DNA of 64,000 nucleotides from Seison nebaliae (Eukaryota): NCBI GenBank assembly GCA_023231475.1, contig JALJEE010003038.1, positions 1 to 64,000 of the forward strand, read 5' to 3'. Shown piece by piece: positions 12,493 to 25,800 of this stretch (position 1 is its first letter; each line of letters starts with the position of its first letter). The notes under the pieces were generated by a model. It saw only the letters and a program-made list of their open reading frames with translations, ran no database searches and was not told where the DNA came from. The position numbers and the translations under genes were made by a program.

Positions 12493-14496
12493 TTATCGAT
12501 CAAAGAATATAAAAATGGCATATTGATTTTGGAGTAAATGAAATTGAAAAAGTGAGAAGCAGTTGAGCATTATATTGATTGATATGGGTAATGTATTTTG
12601 GAAGATATTGATTGTCAGGTTAATAAGAATTATCTAAGAATAAGACATAAATAATGTGAATGATAATGAATGAGAACTAACAGTGAAAATTAAAAGAAAA
12701 TTGAAAGAGAATTTCGTCGAACAATTCTCCACATTTCGTCGAGTGATATTGGAGGATGTTGTTGAAATTCTCGTATAGAATGTTCGAATATTCAAATAGA
12801 GCCAATAAGCGAGTAGAAGAAATAAAAATGAATTGGATATTGGATTTGGTAACCAAGTGACGAGAGTTGATTGTGAAAATACTTTATGTATAGAGAACAA
12901 AATTCCGACCGTCAATACCGACTGGCAAATTGTAAAAATAGTGAATTTGGGATTGTTTTGTTCATTTTGTGTATATTTCAATTCGAATTGATTATTTGAT
13001 ATTTCTTCAACGATGAAGAGAATTAAATGAAGATAATAAATGGAACAATTGATCGAATTCATTTTCTCCACATGAAAAAAGAGAACATATTGAATAAAGT
13101 TCAATAAACCATGTATTGTCATGATGAATATGTTGTGATAGAATTTCATTTTCATAAACATTCGATTTGTATGTTGATTTCCATCCCAATACTTATTCCA
13201 AATACTCCTCCTTAATTTGAAAAGATTTACAATGATATATATGACATTGAGTATAGCTGAGATGGCTGAAGAATATTTGAAGAATTGAATTAAACTCGAA
13301 TAATCGAAATGGAGGAATAGACTGAAGAGAGATATGTTGAGAGTTGAGAGGAATGTGGTGAACAAAATCGATTGAACGACAATTGAAATGATGAGATTGT
13401 GAAACATAACGGAATAAATTTGAACAGTTGGTGCCGATGGAAATGTTCCATATATGAGAGAATACATTAAATTATTATAATAATTTCTTTGAGTGTCATT
13501 ATTTCGTATTATAATATCATCATAATTGTTCATTGTCATATTTCCATAAAAAACGGAATATTCGGATAAAAAACGGTGTTTGGTGGTGGATAAAGTGAGA
13601 TATAGCAGAAGAATAATTATGGGAAATAAGAAACATTTAACAATGAGACAAATGGTAATTAAAAGATATTGATTTTTCTCATCATCACGAAAACGATTTT
13701 GGTGGAAATTGATTCCAAGGAAGACTAATGCTAAAGAAGGAAATATCATTCCTCCAAACTTCAATGGCTCATCCGTCATGAGTACAACATTTGAATAAAT
13801 TGCAGGATGATTCATTTTGAGAAGTGACAATATTAAATTATAAATAAGACCGATAACTCCAGAAAATATGAGAGGATTCTTCAATACCAGATGAGTTGAT
13901 TTCAACACATCCTCCCAAATCTGACTAGTTGGTGATAATTCATTTTCAGATTCAATTCCAGATGATGAATTTTCAAAAGAATCGATATCTTCTATAAATG
14001 AAGATGAGGAAGATGGAGAAATTGTTATTTGATTATGGTGATGATTCGATGAATATTCGATGGAGAAGAAAGCAAATGGATTAATGAAAATGAGTGAAAT
14101 GATTCCTATAATGAAAAGAAATTCTGCCGGAATCGATTGTGTCAAATTCTCCAATATCGATAATCCATAAGAAAAGTCATTTGTCTGTGTCATCAAAATT
14201 CCATATAATGTCAACGATGATAATGAAGAACGATAAGCTAATTTCCCAATGAGAATTATGAGAGAGAAGACAAAGATTTTTGTGATGAAAATCGATAGAA
14301 ATAAATCCCAATGAATTGTTGTCCAGTTGACATTACCCACCGATCGAACGAATAATAAGGGCAATGCGAAATGACTGAGAATAACTCGAATACTTTCCTG
14401 TCCATTCAATTTAACAATATTCTTATAAGCCAGTAGCCATCCGAATAAGATTACAAAATAAATTTTTATTATAGAAATAAGCAAATTTTGGAACAT
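12493..14496 (-). CDS. GPR155: GPR155/LYCHOS-like multi-pass membrane protein (PIN/AEC transporter-like domain)
   Basis: FALPLLF, TQTNDFSYGLSIL, LKNPLIF and YGTFPSAPTV match GPR155 motifs; many TM helices. A short inferred last exon ends at 12493. Confidence 0.8.
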
Positions 14497-14921
14497 AACC
14501 CGAAATTAAATCTAAAAAAAAATATTAAAAAGAAAATGATGCCAGAATTTTAATAATTTTTCCTCTCAATTCTTTTATATTATGATCGTCTTAAAATTAT
14601 TAGCCCGATCGATTGTTGGACAGAACCAGTTCTATCCACCTCAAAATTAATTCACAATTATTGTATTGGCGTAGTTATCGCTAACGACGTCGAATACGTA
14701 ATGGTGTCGTATTAATGAAAGCGAACGTACCATATTCTTGTTTACTTTAGCCCATTTCTCTTATTTATTTGTCTTCTATTCTATCATACAAACTATTCTG
14801 TTTTCTTAAATAAATTTTCTGTTTATCAAACTTCTCAATTTTGGAACGACAGAAATTGTTTATTTTTCAGAAATTAGTAAAATCGAATGTTGAATTTATG
14901 GTGTTGATATCATTAAAATAT

Positions 14922-15707
14922 TTATCTAATTGATGAAAAGTTGCACCATCTTTTTAACAGCCACTTTACAGGATGTGTCTTGCATAATATTCCTCCCAAT
15001 TTCCATAAAATCACGCAGACGGCGGTCTAAAATATTCTCAAGATTAATCTATTAATAAAATAATGAATTTTTGAATAATTTCATGAAAATGACAACTTGT
15101 GTGTTTTTAGCACATTTTTCAATAAACTCTTGTAAAGTTGAATATAATTCACCCGTATGGCGTCTATGTCGAGAATGATTCTCTTCTTCAGTTTTATTCA
15201 ATTTCGACATTCCATTCATGAGATCGTAGATTGTATCATTATCTCTCTTTTGACGATTATTCACTTCGTTCATTGCCATTTCATGCACAGTCGCTTGATC
15301 AACAATTTTGTTGTTATTCATTAAATGTCGAGGCGTAACTATGAAAGTAAAAATTAAAATTTCAGACAACTACTTGGAACAGTCTAACACATTTTCCCCA
15401 TAAATATGAAGACTAAAAGACTGACCAAAACGATATTGAGCAAAAGATAGATCATCCACGTCAATAAAATAAATCGTCGACAATGTCTGTAGATTTAATT
15501 TTATTGAGTTTTAATGAATAGATTTATAAACTTATTATTCGTCGTCAATGGACCTAAACTATCGGAATTGCTCGCACCCATCTGATCAAGAACATGCATA
15601 TCTTTCTTTTTTTCACAAGATGTATCCGTCAAATCGGACAATTCAGTTTCTTTTGAAGATTGAGGAGAATCAGTTGGTTTCTCTATTTCCTTCTCTACGT
15701 TCGTCAT
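14922..15707 (-). CDS. Type II membrane precursor with two furin sites and a Cys-containing C-terminal peptide, 4 exons
   Basis: Three GTT-AG introns join an acidic N-tail, TM FILLTWMIYLLLNIVLVSLLVFIFM, RQKR, RHRR and a 55-aa C-terminus with 4 Cys in one frame. Confidence 0.65.
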
Positions 15708-16831
15708 GAACAGAATATTTTAAATATCTTTTCTACATTTTTCTCCCATTCAGTACTTCATATACCTTCCATCTCTACATCATTATTTGATCGTCTCCAT
15801 AAAACGTGATTTTGTGCATTCTCTAAATTTTATGACAAATTTTAATCTGACAATGAAAATATTTTAATTTAAAAATCTGGTATTTTGAATGATCTCAGTT
15901 TGTTCGAATATACAAATTTAAATAATTCAACTTAAAATTTTAATATTTCAAACGGACAATAGAATTTGACAATTGTCTGTTTGAATTTTTGGAAGTTTTT
16001 TCGCGACTTAATCTCAATTAGTTTTGTATTATTTCAATAATCCACTAATTTCCCTATTTATCTTGACATCAATTTTATTAGTAAACAAAAATCGGGAATA
16101 TTTTTCAGGGAAGATAACTTTTAATGGAGAAAAAGTTTTTAATGGGAATTAGGTAAATGATCATACACTAAATACTAGAGTGCGTCTGTTCTATGTGAGG
16201 TGGTGGTAGATGTAGAACTGGGTTAGATTGGAAGTATGATCAAAATAAACAAATGGTGAACGGATTGATGGGAATGAGTTTCGGAGAAATGGTAAAATCG
16301 ACGGTTAAAAGATTATGTTCTTTGAAATGTGTTAAAACTTTTCATCATTCAACACCCAGGGCAATGAGTGAGTAGTGGAAGTGGATTCCGTTAGTTGAAG
16401 TAGATGTTCCGATGGTTTGAGAATAGGCAAACAATTAGTGCGATGAAATATGTTACAACTATCAGAATGAAGTAGAAGTTTCCGCGAGCGGTGTTCTGGC
16501 AAATATTGGAATTGAATCTAACAGGAATTCCCTCAATAATCATAATGCGTTTATTTTTGTTAGAAGAATAACATTCGTACATGTAGATGCAGTTGAAAGA
16601 TTATTATTATCATACTCTTTCTTTAATATTTTCTTTTCATATTAAAACATTCGATAAAAGATAATGTCGGATTATATGCGTCGAAATGATTGAGTGAGTT
16701 TGTGGAAGATAAGTTTAATTGAAAGAGAAACAAACCTGGAAGAAAATAGAGAAGAATTTGAGTTGGTGTGCATATGTGTAATTGGAAAAGTTTGATATCG
16801 ATTGACTTCCTTTACATTAAGAGCGGAAACG

Positions 16832-19800
16832 ATGAGCACTGCAGTAAATGTGAAAGCCAGACAAGATGGATATGAAGGACGATGGACTACAGATTCGGAG
16901 AATGAGGATGAGTCTCTTCATCTTCCGTTGATAAACGAATTGAGAGGAGAAATACTTAATAGAGAGACGGAGGAAGAAAATAATAAGATAAATGATGAAC
17001 GTTCATGGATAGTTAATCGATCGTTAGATCGAATAGACAGAAGGAAAGGGTCGTATATCCATTCAACAAACACCAACAACAACGGTGAGAACAACAATTG
17101 GAGAAAGAACAAGAAGAATGATGGAAATGAATGTCGAATTGAAAAAAAAGAAAAAGAAGAAGAAGGAAGAAGAAGAATAAATAGAAGTCCAGCGAATGAG
17201 AAGAAAGATGAAGATTCAGTTTCAATATTGAAGTGCTGTAATAAATCATTAAATATTTTCACCGATCGTTTATCTCTTCGTTCAAACGAGTTAAATATAA
17301 GTGCACAAGCCAATCTCACTGACAAGGTTAAACACTCAATTATTAGTAAAGCGATTCATAATTCGAATAGAAGTAAAACAAGAAATTTCTTAAATGTCGA
17401 TGTCGAAATTCCCGTTGATCAGCAACAATTTAAAGAAGAACTAAGAAATTCAATATTATTCCATGATAGCCATCATACGAATATTGTTAGAGAAAAAGGA
17501 AAATATTTAGCGAAAATAAATCCATCATACCATCATCGAAATATTTTCACAAAATTAATTCAAGGAAATATATCTGATCATGAATATTATATTAGGAAGA
17601 ATTTTCCCAATAAGTTAAATAGAAATCTAACTTATATTAATAATAATCATTCTCATAACAACAACAACAACAACGATAACAAAAACGAACTCAATAATAA
17701 CAACAATTCTAATTGTTATAATAATAAGAATAATTGTAAAGGAAACAGTTTCGCTTATCAACAACCTCATCCTTCACTACAACATCAAGAGCAGAAACAA
17801 GAGGGAGAATTAGACGGGAAAGGAGAGGATTATCAGCCATTTCAAAAGCTGCAAATAAACGTGAAAAAACAGTTAAATACTCCAGAAGTATTCGGAAGGA
17901 GAATTCATAGCAAATGGAGGAACTTTGGAGATAGTTCGAACTACGATTACTATCTGAACAGAGTAGGGAAGAGTCAAAGTGTTTACATACCCACAGTTAA
18001 CAGCGATTGCAGTGGAACGAGTGGAGGGCAAATGTCTACATTCCATCCAAATTATTCATATTTTTCCCCTAAGAAAACTAGACAAACAACCAGACCAACA
18101 TTTGACAAAATCCTTCCAGATACATTAAAGTTCAATACCGCTTATCCATCAATTAACAACAATAATCAAACCAGTAACAATATTCTCAATATCAATCAAC
18201 AGTACGACTCAAACAACTCTCAAAGAAATTCTGACATATCCCCACAATTGACATATACGCATGGAAATACTAATTTTTCTGCTGCCATTCATACTCGACA
18301 ACCGTACGCACAACCTGCAACTAAATCCAACATATTAATATCACCACAATCATCCTCATCGATAGAACGTGCATCAAAGGTGTATGGTAAAATTGAGGAT
18401 AATCAGACGAATAAGTCGATAGCGAACGATACGAATAATAAACGATCGATTCATTCGGTTACTCTCAATATTCCCAACACACCCAAAGAAGATGTTCGCA
18501 CGCTCCACTTAGATAATCTGTATGGATCGCATCATAATTTAAGTTATAATCAAAATAATTTGACATCTTGTACTATCAGTTCAACTCGTCCAACTAACTT
18601 GAAAACGATGAATAGTGGTGGCATGGGGAAGTCATTACAACTTCCTGAGAAAGACATTAATCATCGTTTATCGAAAGATTCAGGTTTCCAAACAAACACA
18701 TCATCACAATCACCAGTAAAGAATCCTGATAGTTCTCTATTAGCTCGTGCTGTCTCTCCAAGACCCCGAATGACTCTGATGCGTTCTCAAAGGAAACAAC
18801 AATCGAAACGTGCGATGACTCAACAAATTCCTGAATCGATTTTATCTGCAGCTCGTGCTATAGCCAATCAACAAAGAACGAACAGTATTGTTGATGAGGA
18901 ATCTCGTTCATCATGGACGAAGGAGAATACAGAAAATCCTGAAAAGAATCCGAATGATAAAATGATGTTGACTCCTTCCCTTTTTTCATCTTCAATGAAA
19001 TCGGATCGATTAACACCTAAGAATAGTGAGCAGACTCATCGTTCGGTTATTGACCAAACGAATTACGAAAAATCCGATCAATCCAGTCAGAATCATTTCG
19101 TACCAAATCAACATCTACATAATAATAATCAACATCCTTCTCACCATCGCCATACATGGATATCGAATGATTCTGATCATATTAATAATCGAGACGATCC
19201 TAATGAATTTAATTCCAATTCGTGGAACATACGAAAAAGTCCAACAAACAGTCATTCTGAAGCATTAACACAATTCCAACGAACTAATTCAAGTTTTACA
19301 CCGAATGAAACGAACTCTAAAAATTTGACGTTAAACAATCAACTTAATCATCTATCGATAGATAATGATGAAAATGCTTATAATCGTCCGATGGATTATA
19401 ACACGACGAATAATGGATCAGTTACTTATTTGCAATCGAAACAAGATCCGAAACGATCTAATCGTATTAATCGAACTTTAAGAAATAATTATTCGATTAA
19501 CACTAAACAAATTCATCCGAACAATAACAATAATGAGAAGATAAATCAGCCATCATCTTATAAGAACGATCCAGTTGTAACAACAACAATAACAACAATA
19601 TCATCGACTATTTCGAAGGATCCCATACTTCCTACAACATCGACCACATTATCTGTCATGACAACATCATCCGACAATTGTCGATTACCATTGTCTATAA
19701 ACGATTCCTTCTCTTTAACATATCCATCACATTCTTCACAATTATCTCCCACCAGTGAAACAGTCTCTTGTAATGGAGATATGAAACAACAAGTTCGTTT

Positions 19801-22800
19801 GGTTAGTAACATTAGAAATCTTTTTTATTTCCTCTTTCATATAGTCCATTTATACGACGTTCATAACATTGCTCATCATCCAAATCTTTCGATTCTCACC
19901 CATTTTGGAATGAACGTCGAATTTATGATTTCCTACATTACCTCCAAAACTAATAATCTAATGGCTTGTCTAATGTGAGGCATAAGGTATTACTTACGTA
20001 TACTTCACCTTTCCCATGTTTCACCTTCAATAAAAAGGTCAATTATTATTCATAGTGTTCATTCCATCGTCCATGGTCCATAACTAATCATTCTCTCTTT
20101 CATGCAACTGTTATAGAGAATCTTTATGAACTATTTCCGTAAAAGTAACAATCGGAATCTATAAAAAAAATTACATAATTTATGTGGAAATCCGATTTCT
20201 ATAAGTAATTTACATTCTGACAAATTGAATATGAAAGTATTATGAATTCTCTATGTCCATTGTCTCATTTAATATCGTTCGGAACATAAATTTCTTTTTA
20301 CATTCCAATATAGTTGGAAAGGCGGTTAGCAAAAATGCAACGACAACAAACTGGTTACCCATTTCTTTCATTAATTCTCCCATTAAATCTTCTTTAGAAA
20401 AATTGAAGAATTATGAGAGGTCGATTGAGAGTCTAAAACAAGAGAAAGTGATGAGTGATGAAACGGCAAATAAATTGAAATCTCAAATTCGGGACTTAAA
20501 TAAAGAAAAATCGTCGTTAGTCAATACTGTTCAAACGTTGAAGAAATCGCATCAAGAGTTATTGGAGAATAGAGAAATGGACCGAAGTGAATATAATAAT
20601 GAACTTAACAACTTACGTGACCTTTTACGGGAGCATGAACGTCGAGCTAAGCAGTTTGAGAAACAGTTGAAGGAGATGAAGATATCATTCGAACGGACGA
20701 TTAAGCAGAATGATCTGAAAAAAGACGAAATTATTGAAATGAAAGAATACATCATTAAACAAAAGGACAATCAAATTAAAATGTTAGAGAATGAACTCAT
20801 GAAAACGATGGGTCCATCAATCGTGAAGAGAACTTCTCAAGCTTCGTTCAAGGTCTTGTCATCCCAACATCGGAAAGGTTTCGCCGCAGAAAGTGCTGAC
20901 AAAGTTTGGCAGAAGACCATGAGAGCCAAACATAAGAATAAATCTTCTCAAAAATCGGGTGACTCTCGAAGGAAAACGGAGAACTTCAGTGAAATGAAAG
21001 ACTGTTTAGTGACCGTTCCTAAAAATCAGAGGTTCGTTCATTTGTTAATTAAAAACGTAAAGATTTCCTGTCAATCGTGTATTGACGGTAAAACTTTCTT
21101 GTCATTATTTTAATTAGAAATAGAAATTATTTTATTAGAAAACATTCGTGTTAGTTTAAAAAAGAAAAAGGAAATTAATTAAATCTCTACAATTTTCAAA
21201 ATTTTAATTAAAAATTTCTCCTGCAGAAATGAAAGAGCCATAAGACAAGCATTGTTAGATAATGCATTCCTAAGCAAATTATCTCAATATCAAGTGAAAC
21301 AAATTATCAATTGTATGTACCCGATGCATTTACCACAAGACTCGTACATCATCAAGGAAGGAGACTTTGGAAACACATTATACGTTCTTGAAGGTTTGTC
21401 TTAATATTATTTCCCAACGACGAAACATCGATAATTAAAAATTTAATGAATGATTTAAATAAGTTGCAATTTGCAGATAGTTCTCATAATCGTTTATCTA
21501 AAATTAACATCTAAAACATACACATCTATCACTAATATCCCTTTGGATTCATTATCCACTTTTATGTGTTTTACTATTATCTTGTCTTTTCTTATCATAA
21601 AGTAATTGTTCGACGTTCGATTACTGTTCAGTAAGAAGAAGAATCTATTTCCTAAACGTCTTTACTACGAAATAGTTCGACATTGAAATCATACGATTTA
21701 ATGCATCATTTCAATTCACTTTCAGCAATTAGCAGATGATATATCTTTATCCATACTTTCTCCCCGAAAGATCTTCCATTAGACAATTCTGTTTCTTATT
21801 TATAAATATATTATGCCAACACAGGTGCTCCAATATATTATTTACGATATTCATGGAAACTGCTCCATCACATCTCTCCCTATCATTTCGTCAGGCGGAG
21901 TGATGATAGTCTAATAAGAAAGAAATAGTAGTATAAATTGAGTATGTAAGAAAATACGGTAGTTTTCATTTTCTTATGTACAAGACCAGTTAGAAGCTCA
22001 ATATAACGAAAATCGCAATGTCGGCGAGTGAAATCGTCTAAATTTCATTTCATGAATTTCATTATGAATATTTGTCCTTCAGTGGAGATATATCTCCGAT
22101 ATAAAGGATTATAGTTCTAGTACCACTAGTTATGGAAAAAAATTTATTATCTCATCAGTCACATCATTTGGAGCATGTCGAGCAATTGCACCATGATTAG
22201 ATGTGTGCTTTATATAACATGCTCTCACATGATATATATGAGGAGAATTAATGACATTGATAAAGGTCAAATATATCAAACAAAGTATTCATTTATATTT
22301 TATTCATTCCCTACTTCTCAACCGTCCAAATTTTAATATATTTCTCTCATTTCTCTTTTGGTCTTTGTTTTACGGTCACTCATGTACCTTTTCATTTCCT
22401 TTTCTGTAAATTACAACACTAGATGTCCATATACATATATCTATCTTTCGATCGTCGAGATTAAGTGCAATTGAATAAGGTAGAATTGTTTTTCTATTGG
22501 TAAATAGAGGTGGTCTAATTGAAAGTTGAAATTAGAAGTTTAATTTATGTTTAATCAGATATCAAAAAAGACGTGTGATGTATATTGAGTGAGACAAATC
22601 TATGCCGTTTCTTCTAAACTATTCTCATTATCCTCACATTTGCACATATGCTCTGCTAATGTGCACTAGAAATTTTTTCTAAGGAATTCAAATAGCTTCC
22701 ACTTTCTAATATTTTTATTTCGCCTAATAGATATTCTTTATTACTTTGCTTTTTATTTGATGAGTTCCTCCATTTGATTTACTTCATCTCCAACATTCGA

Positions 22801-25800
22801 ACAGGAAAGAATATTTTATATTTCCACATAATATATAATCTTGAAAGATTGATAATGACTTGATGAGAAATGAATATTTATAAGATTTTCGTTTCGATGA
22901 ATTTCTTGAGGTAATGGCTAATTCGTGAAAGCAAACAACTGTAATAATAATCATACTATAATAGCTGTTATTATTAATATGGAGACGGGAAGAAAGTTGT
23001 CATTATAAGTTCTACCTTGATATAAAATCTGATATTTCGGAAAGTATTATAATAGTGTATTATATTCCAAATTCTAATAATATGGGTCGATTTCCGGAAC
23101 ACACCTCTTTTTCTTGATAAAATGCAATGTTAATTCTCCAACAATATTTCACTAATTTTTTTAATAATCTTGTTCATTATTGATCCATCATTTCAGAATA
23201 GGAAAACTGATCAAATGAATAAATTGTCTTTGAGGATTTGAGAATAAATGAACAAATTTTCAGTTCCTTCAGTTGACGGAGACTGGTGATGGTATCATAT
23301 GCTAGTTCTAACGAAGAATTAAATTTTTTTTTGTTGATAAAAGTGTGAATTAATTTTGAAGTAATTATTAGTTTGTATTTCATGATAAAATTTTAATAAT
23401 TTGAGAGTAGAACGATTAGAGAGCACTTTGATTTCTTACATTCTCTCGTTAGTCATTCTCTTATGAGATAAGAGAGATGCATTAAAGAGAACACTTAAAT
23501 TATGATTGTTAAGCAATATTCTTCCATTGTCGTTTTCAATACCTTGAACTATTAATACTTTGTTAATTTTAATCTTCATTATTATCGTGAGGCACGTCGT
23601 CACACTTGAGACAGTCGACGAAATTGATGTGTTCTAAATCATTCAGATATTTGAGTAGTGAGTGAAGTAGAGGAAAAGTGAATTACGATGAATATTGATA
23701 AACATTACTCATTATGATAAATGCTCTTCTCCTTAATTCTATCCAACTTACACCAATTAGACTATGTTATATTTAGTTAATGATATTGGTTTAATTGGAT
23801 TAAAATCGAACATCTGTTTCAATTGTCATTAAACGCCTCAATCGAATGACGGATAGGGAATGAATCAAATAATTCTCAGCAATAAATTAAGGAATGATTT
23901 ATCGATACCTTCATGGTCAGGGAAATGCTATTACGATGAAGACGGTGATTATCGTCATTCGGCTAATAAAGAGAAATCGTCCAGAGTAACCTTGTCGTCA
24001 ACAACATCGTCGTTGAAATCGTCATCATCGAGGAATGGAGAAGCGTCGAAAATATACAGGGGCATATTCAATCACCGTCCAAAACCTTCAGTAGCGACAC
24101 CATCTCTATCATCATCATCAACATCTTCATCTCACTACAATTTCAATCAACATCTATCATATTATCCACATAAACATTCTGATAAATCTTTATATCTTTA
24201 TCAAAATAATAATCGAGAAAAATCTCCATTGTCATTTGATAATTTGTGGAATGGTAACCAATTCGATGAACATTTAAGTGGCGATTGTCCCCATCACGAG
24301 AATGGCATCGTTGATTCTCAAATAAAATCTTACTTATTCTCGGTGTCGAATGAGAGAGATCGAATTAATCGAGAAGTCTCTTGTCATACCAACGGCAACT
24401 TAAACAGTAGACAGCCACTCAATAACAGTAGAATTAAGAACAATACGAAGGTTAATAATCATCACTTACAAAATAATAGTCGACATAATGGCAGAAGAGA
24501 TCCGAAGCAGTCTAATATAAAATTATCAGATGAACAGCCTTCTGATTATACGGAAGACGATATTCAACCATTCGCTTATCAGATTGTCAATCAGAAACGA
24601 AAGAAGAAGAAAATTGATATTTTATCATTGAACGATCCATATCTACGGAGTAAATCTTTGAAAAGAATGAACGACATTCATTATCTTCCATCTGCTCATT
24701 GCATCTCTCCTGCAAATGAGCGACATCTATCCAAATTAACCATATTCAATTTGCCCAATAAAAGTAGCAATATTAAAAATTCTTATGCTAATTCTAGTAG
24801 AAGGAACTGTAATACAAATGTGAATTCCTCCAATAATAATGTTAATATTTCGAGAAGGAATTATAATATTACGAGATTGAATGATGAAAATGATTTTGAG
24901 CACAGTAGTGACGACGACGACTTTCAAGAGAAGAAGAAGAAAGAACGAACTTTACTTCATCACAATCGACAGACAAGAAGCATCGATATAAGTGGAAATG
25001 ATAGTGATTCTTCTCACTCACAAATCCCTCACAAAGACCAGCAGACTGATGAGGCACATCGTCTAATGAATAATGATGGCCTTCTAAAAATTCGAGCAAT
25101 TCCTTCTCAAATTAAACAAATTAATTTTGCGTCAAAAATGAAAGAATTGAAACCTCAAACGTCAGTAGGGGAACTTCATTCCACAGAAAATAGTCTTAAT
25201 TCCACTTTCATGACCGTGTCGCCTCATGATTTTCCATCGGCCTCTAAAACCAGATATAATTTAAACGATTTATTACAGTCTTCCCCATCTGCTTCTTCCA
25301 TTTCGTCCGGTGCGAGTTTGAAGCATAATAAAAACGACGAGAATGATTACAGAAAGGACAATCTAACATCACTAATAACACCTTCAACATCTACGACCGA
25401 AAGAACTACAAATACATGCTCTTCATCATCACCATCAATTCGATCATATTTATTTACAACAGCAATGTCGAAAATAACTCCTGTAAATTCATTACCTACA
25501 AATTCAATATGTAACTTGTCGCAGAAGAGCAATTCAAATAGTAAGATGATAAATTCGCCATCCTCCTCTATCGTAAATCGAGAGAAACGACGTTACGGAA
25601 CCAAACCATCATATACAAGTCAAATTTCTTTTCCAACTTCTTCTAACAAGCCAAATTTACCAATTCCCAATTCCCCAAGGACTCAACCGACATTTCGTTC
25701 ACAATTGGAAATGAATATTAAAGAAAAACGGACGAGGAGTCGACCAGCCAATAATCGTGATTGTATGAAAAAGCAAATATCCGTTTCTCCACAAAAATTA

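Noticed and set aside
22083..22096. Short perfect palindromes (ggagatatatctcc; also about 27092, 32965 and a hairpin at 44138-44158)
   Set aside because: Expected by chance in AT-rich DNA; no shared sequence.
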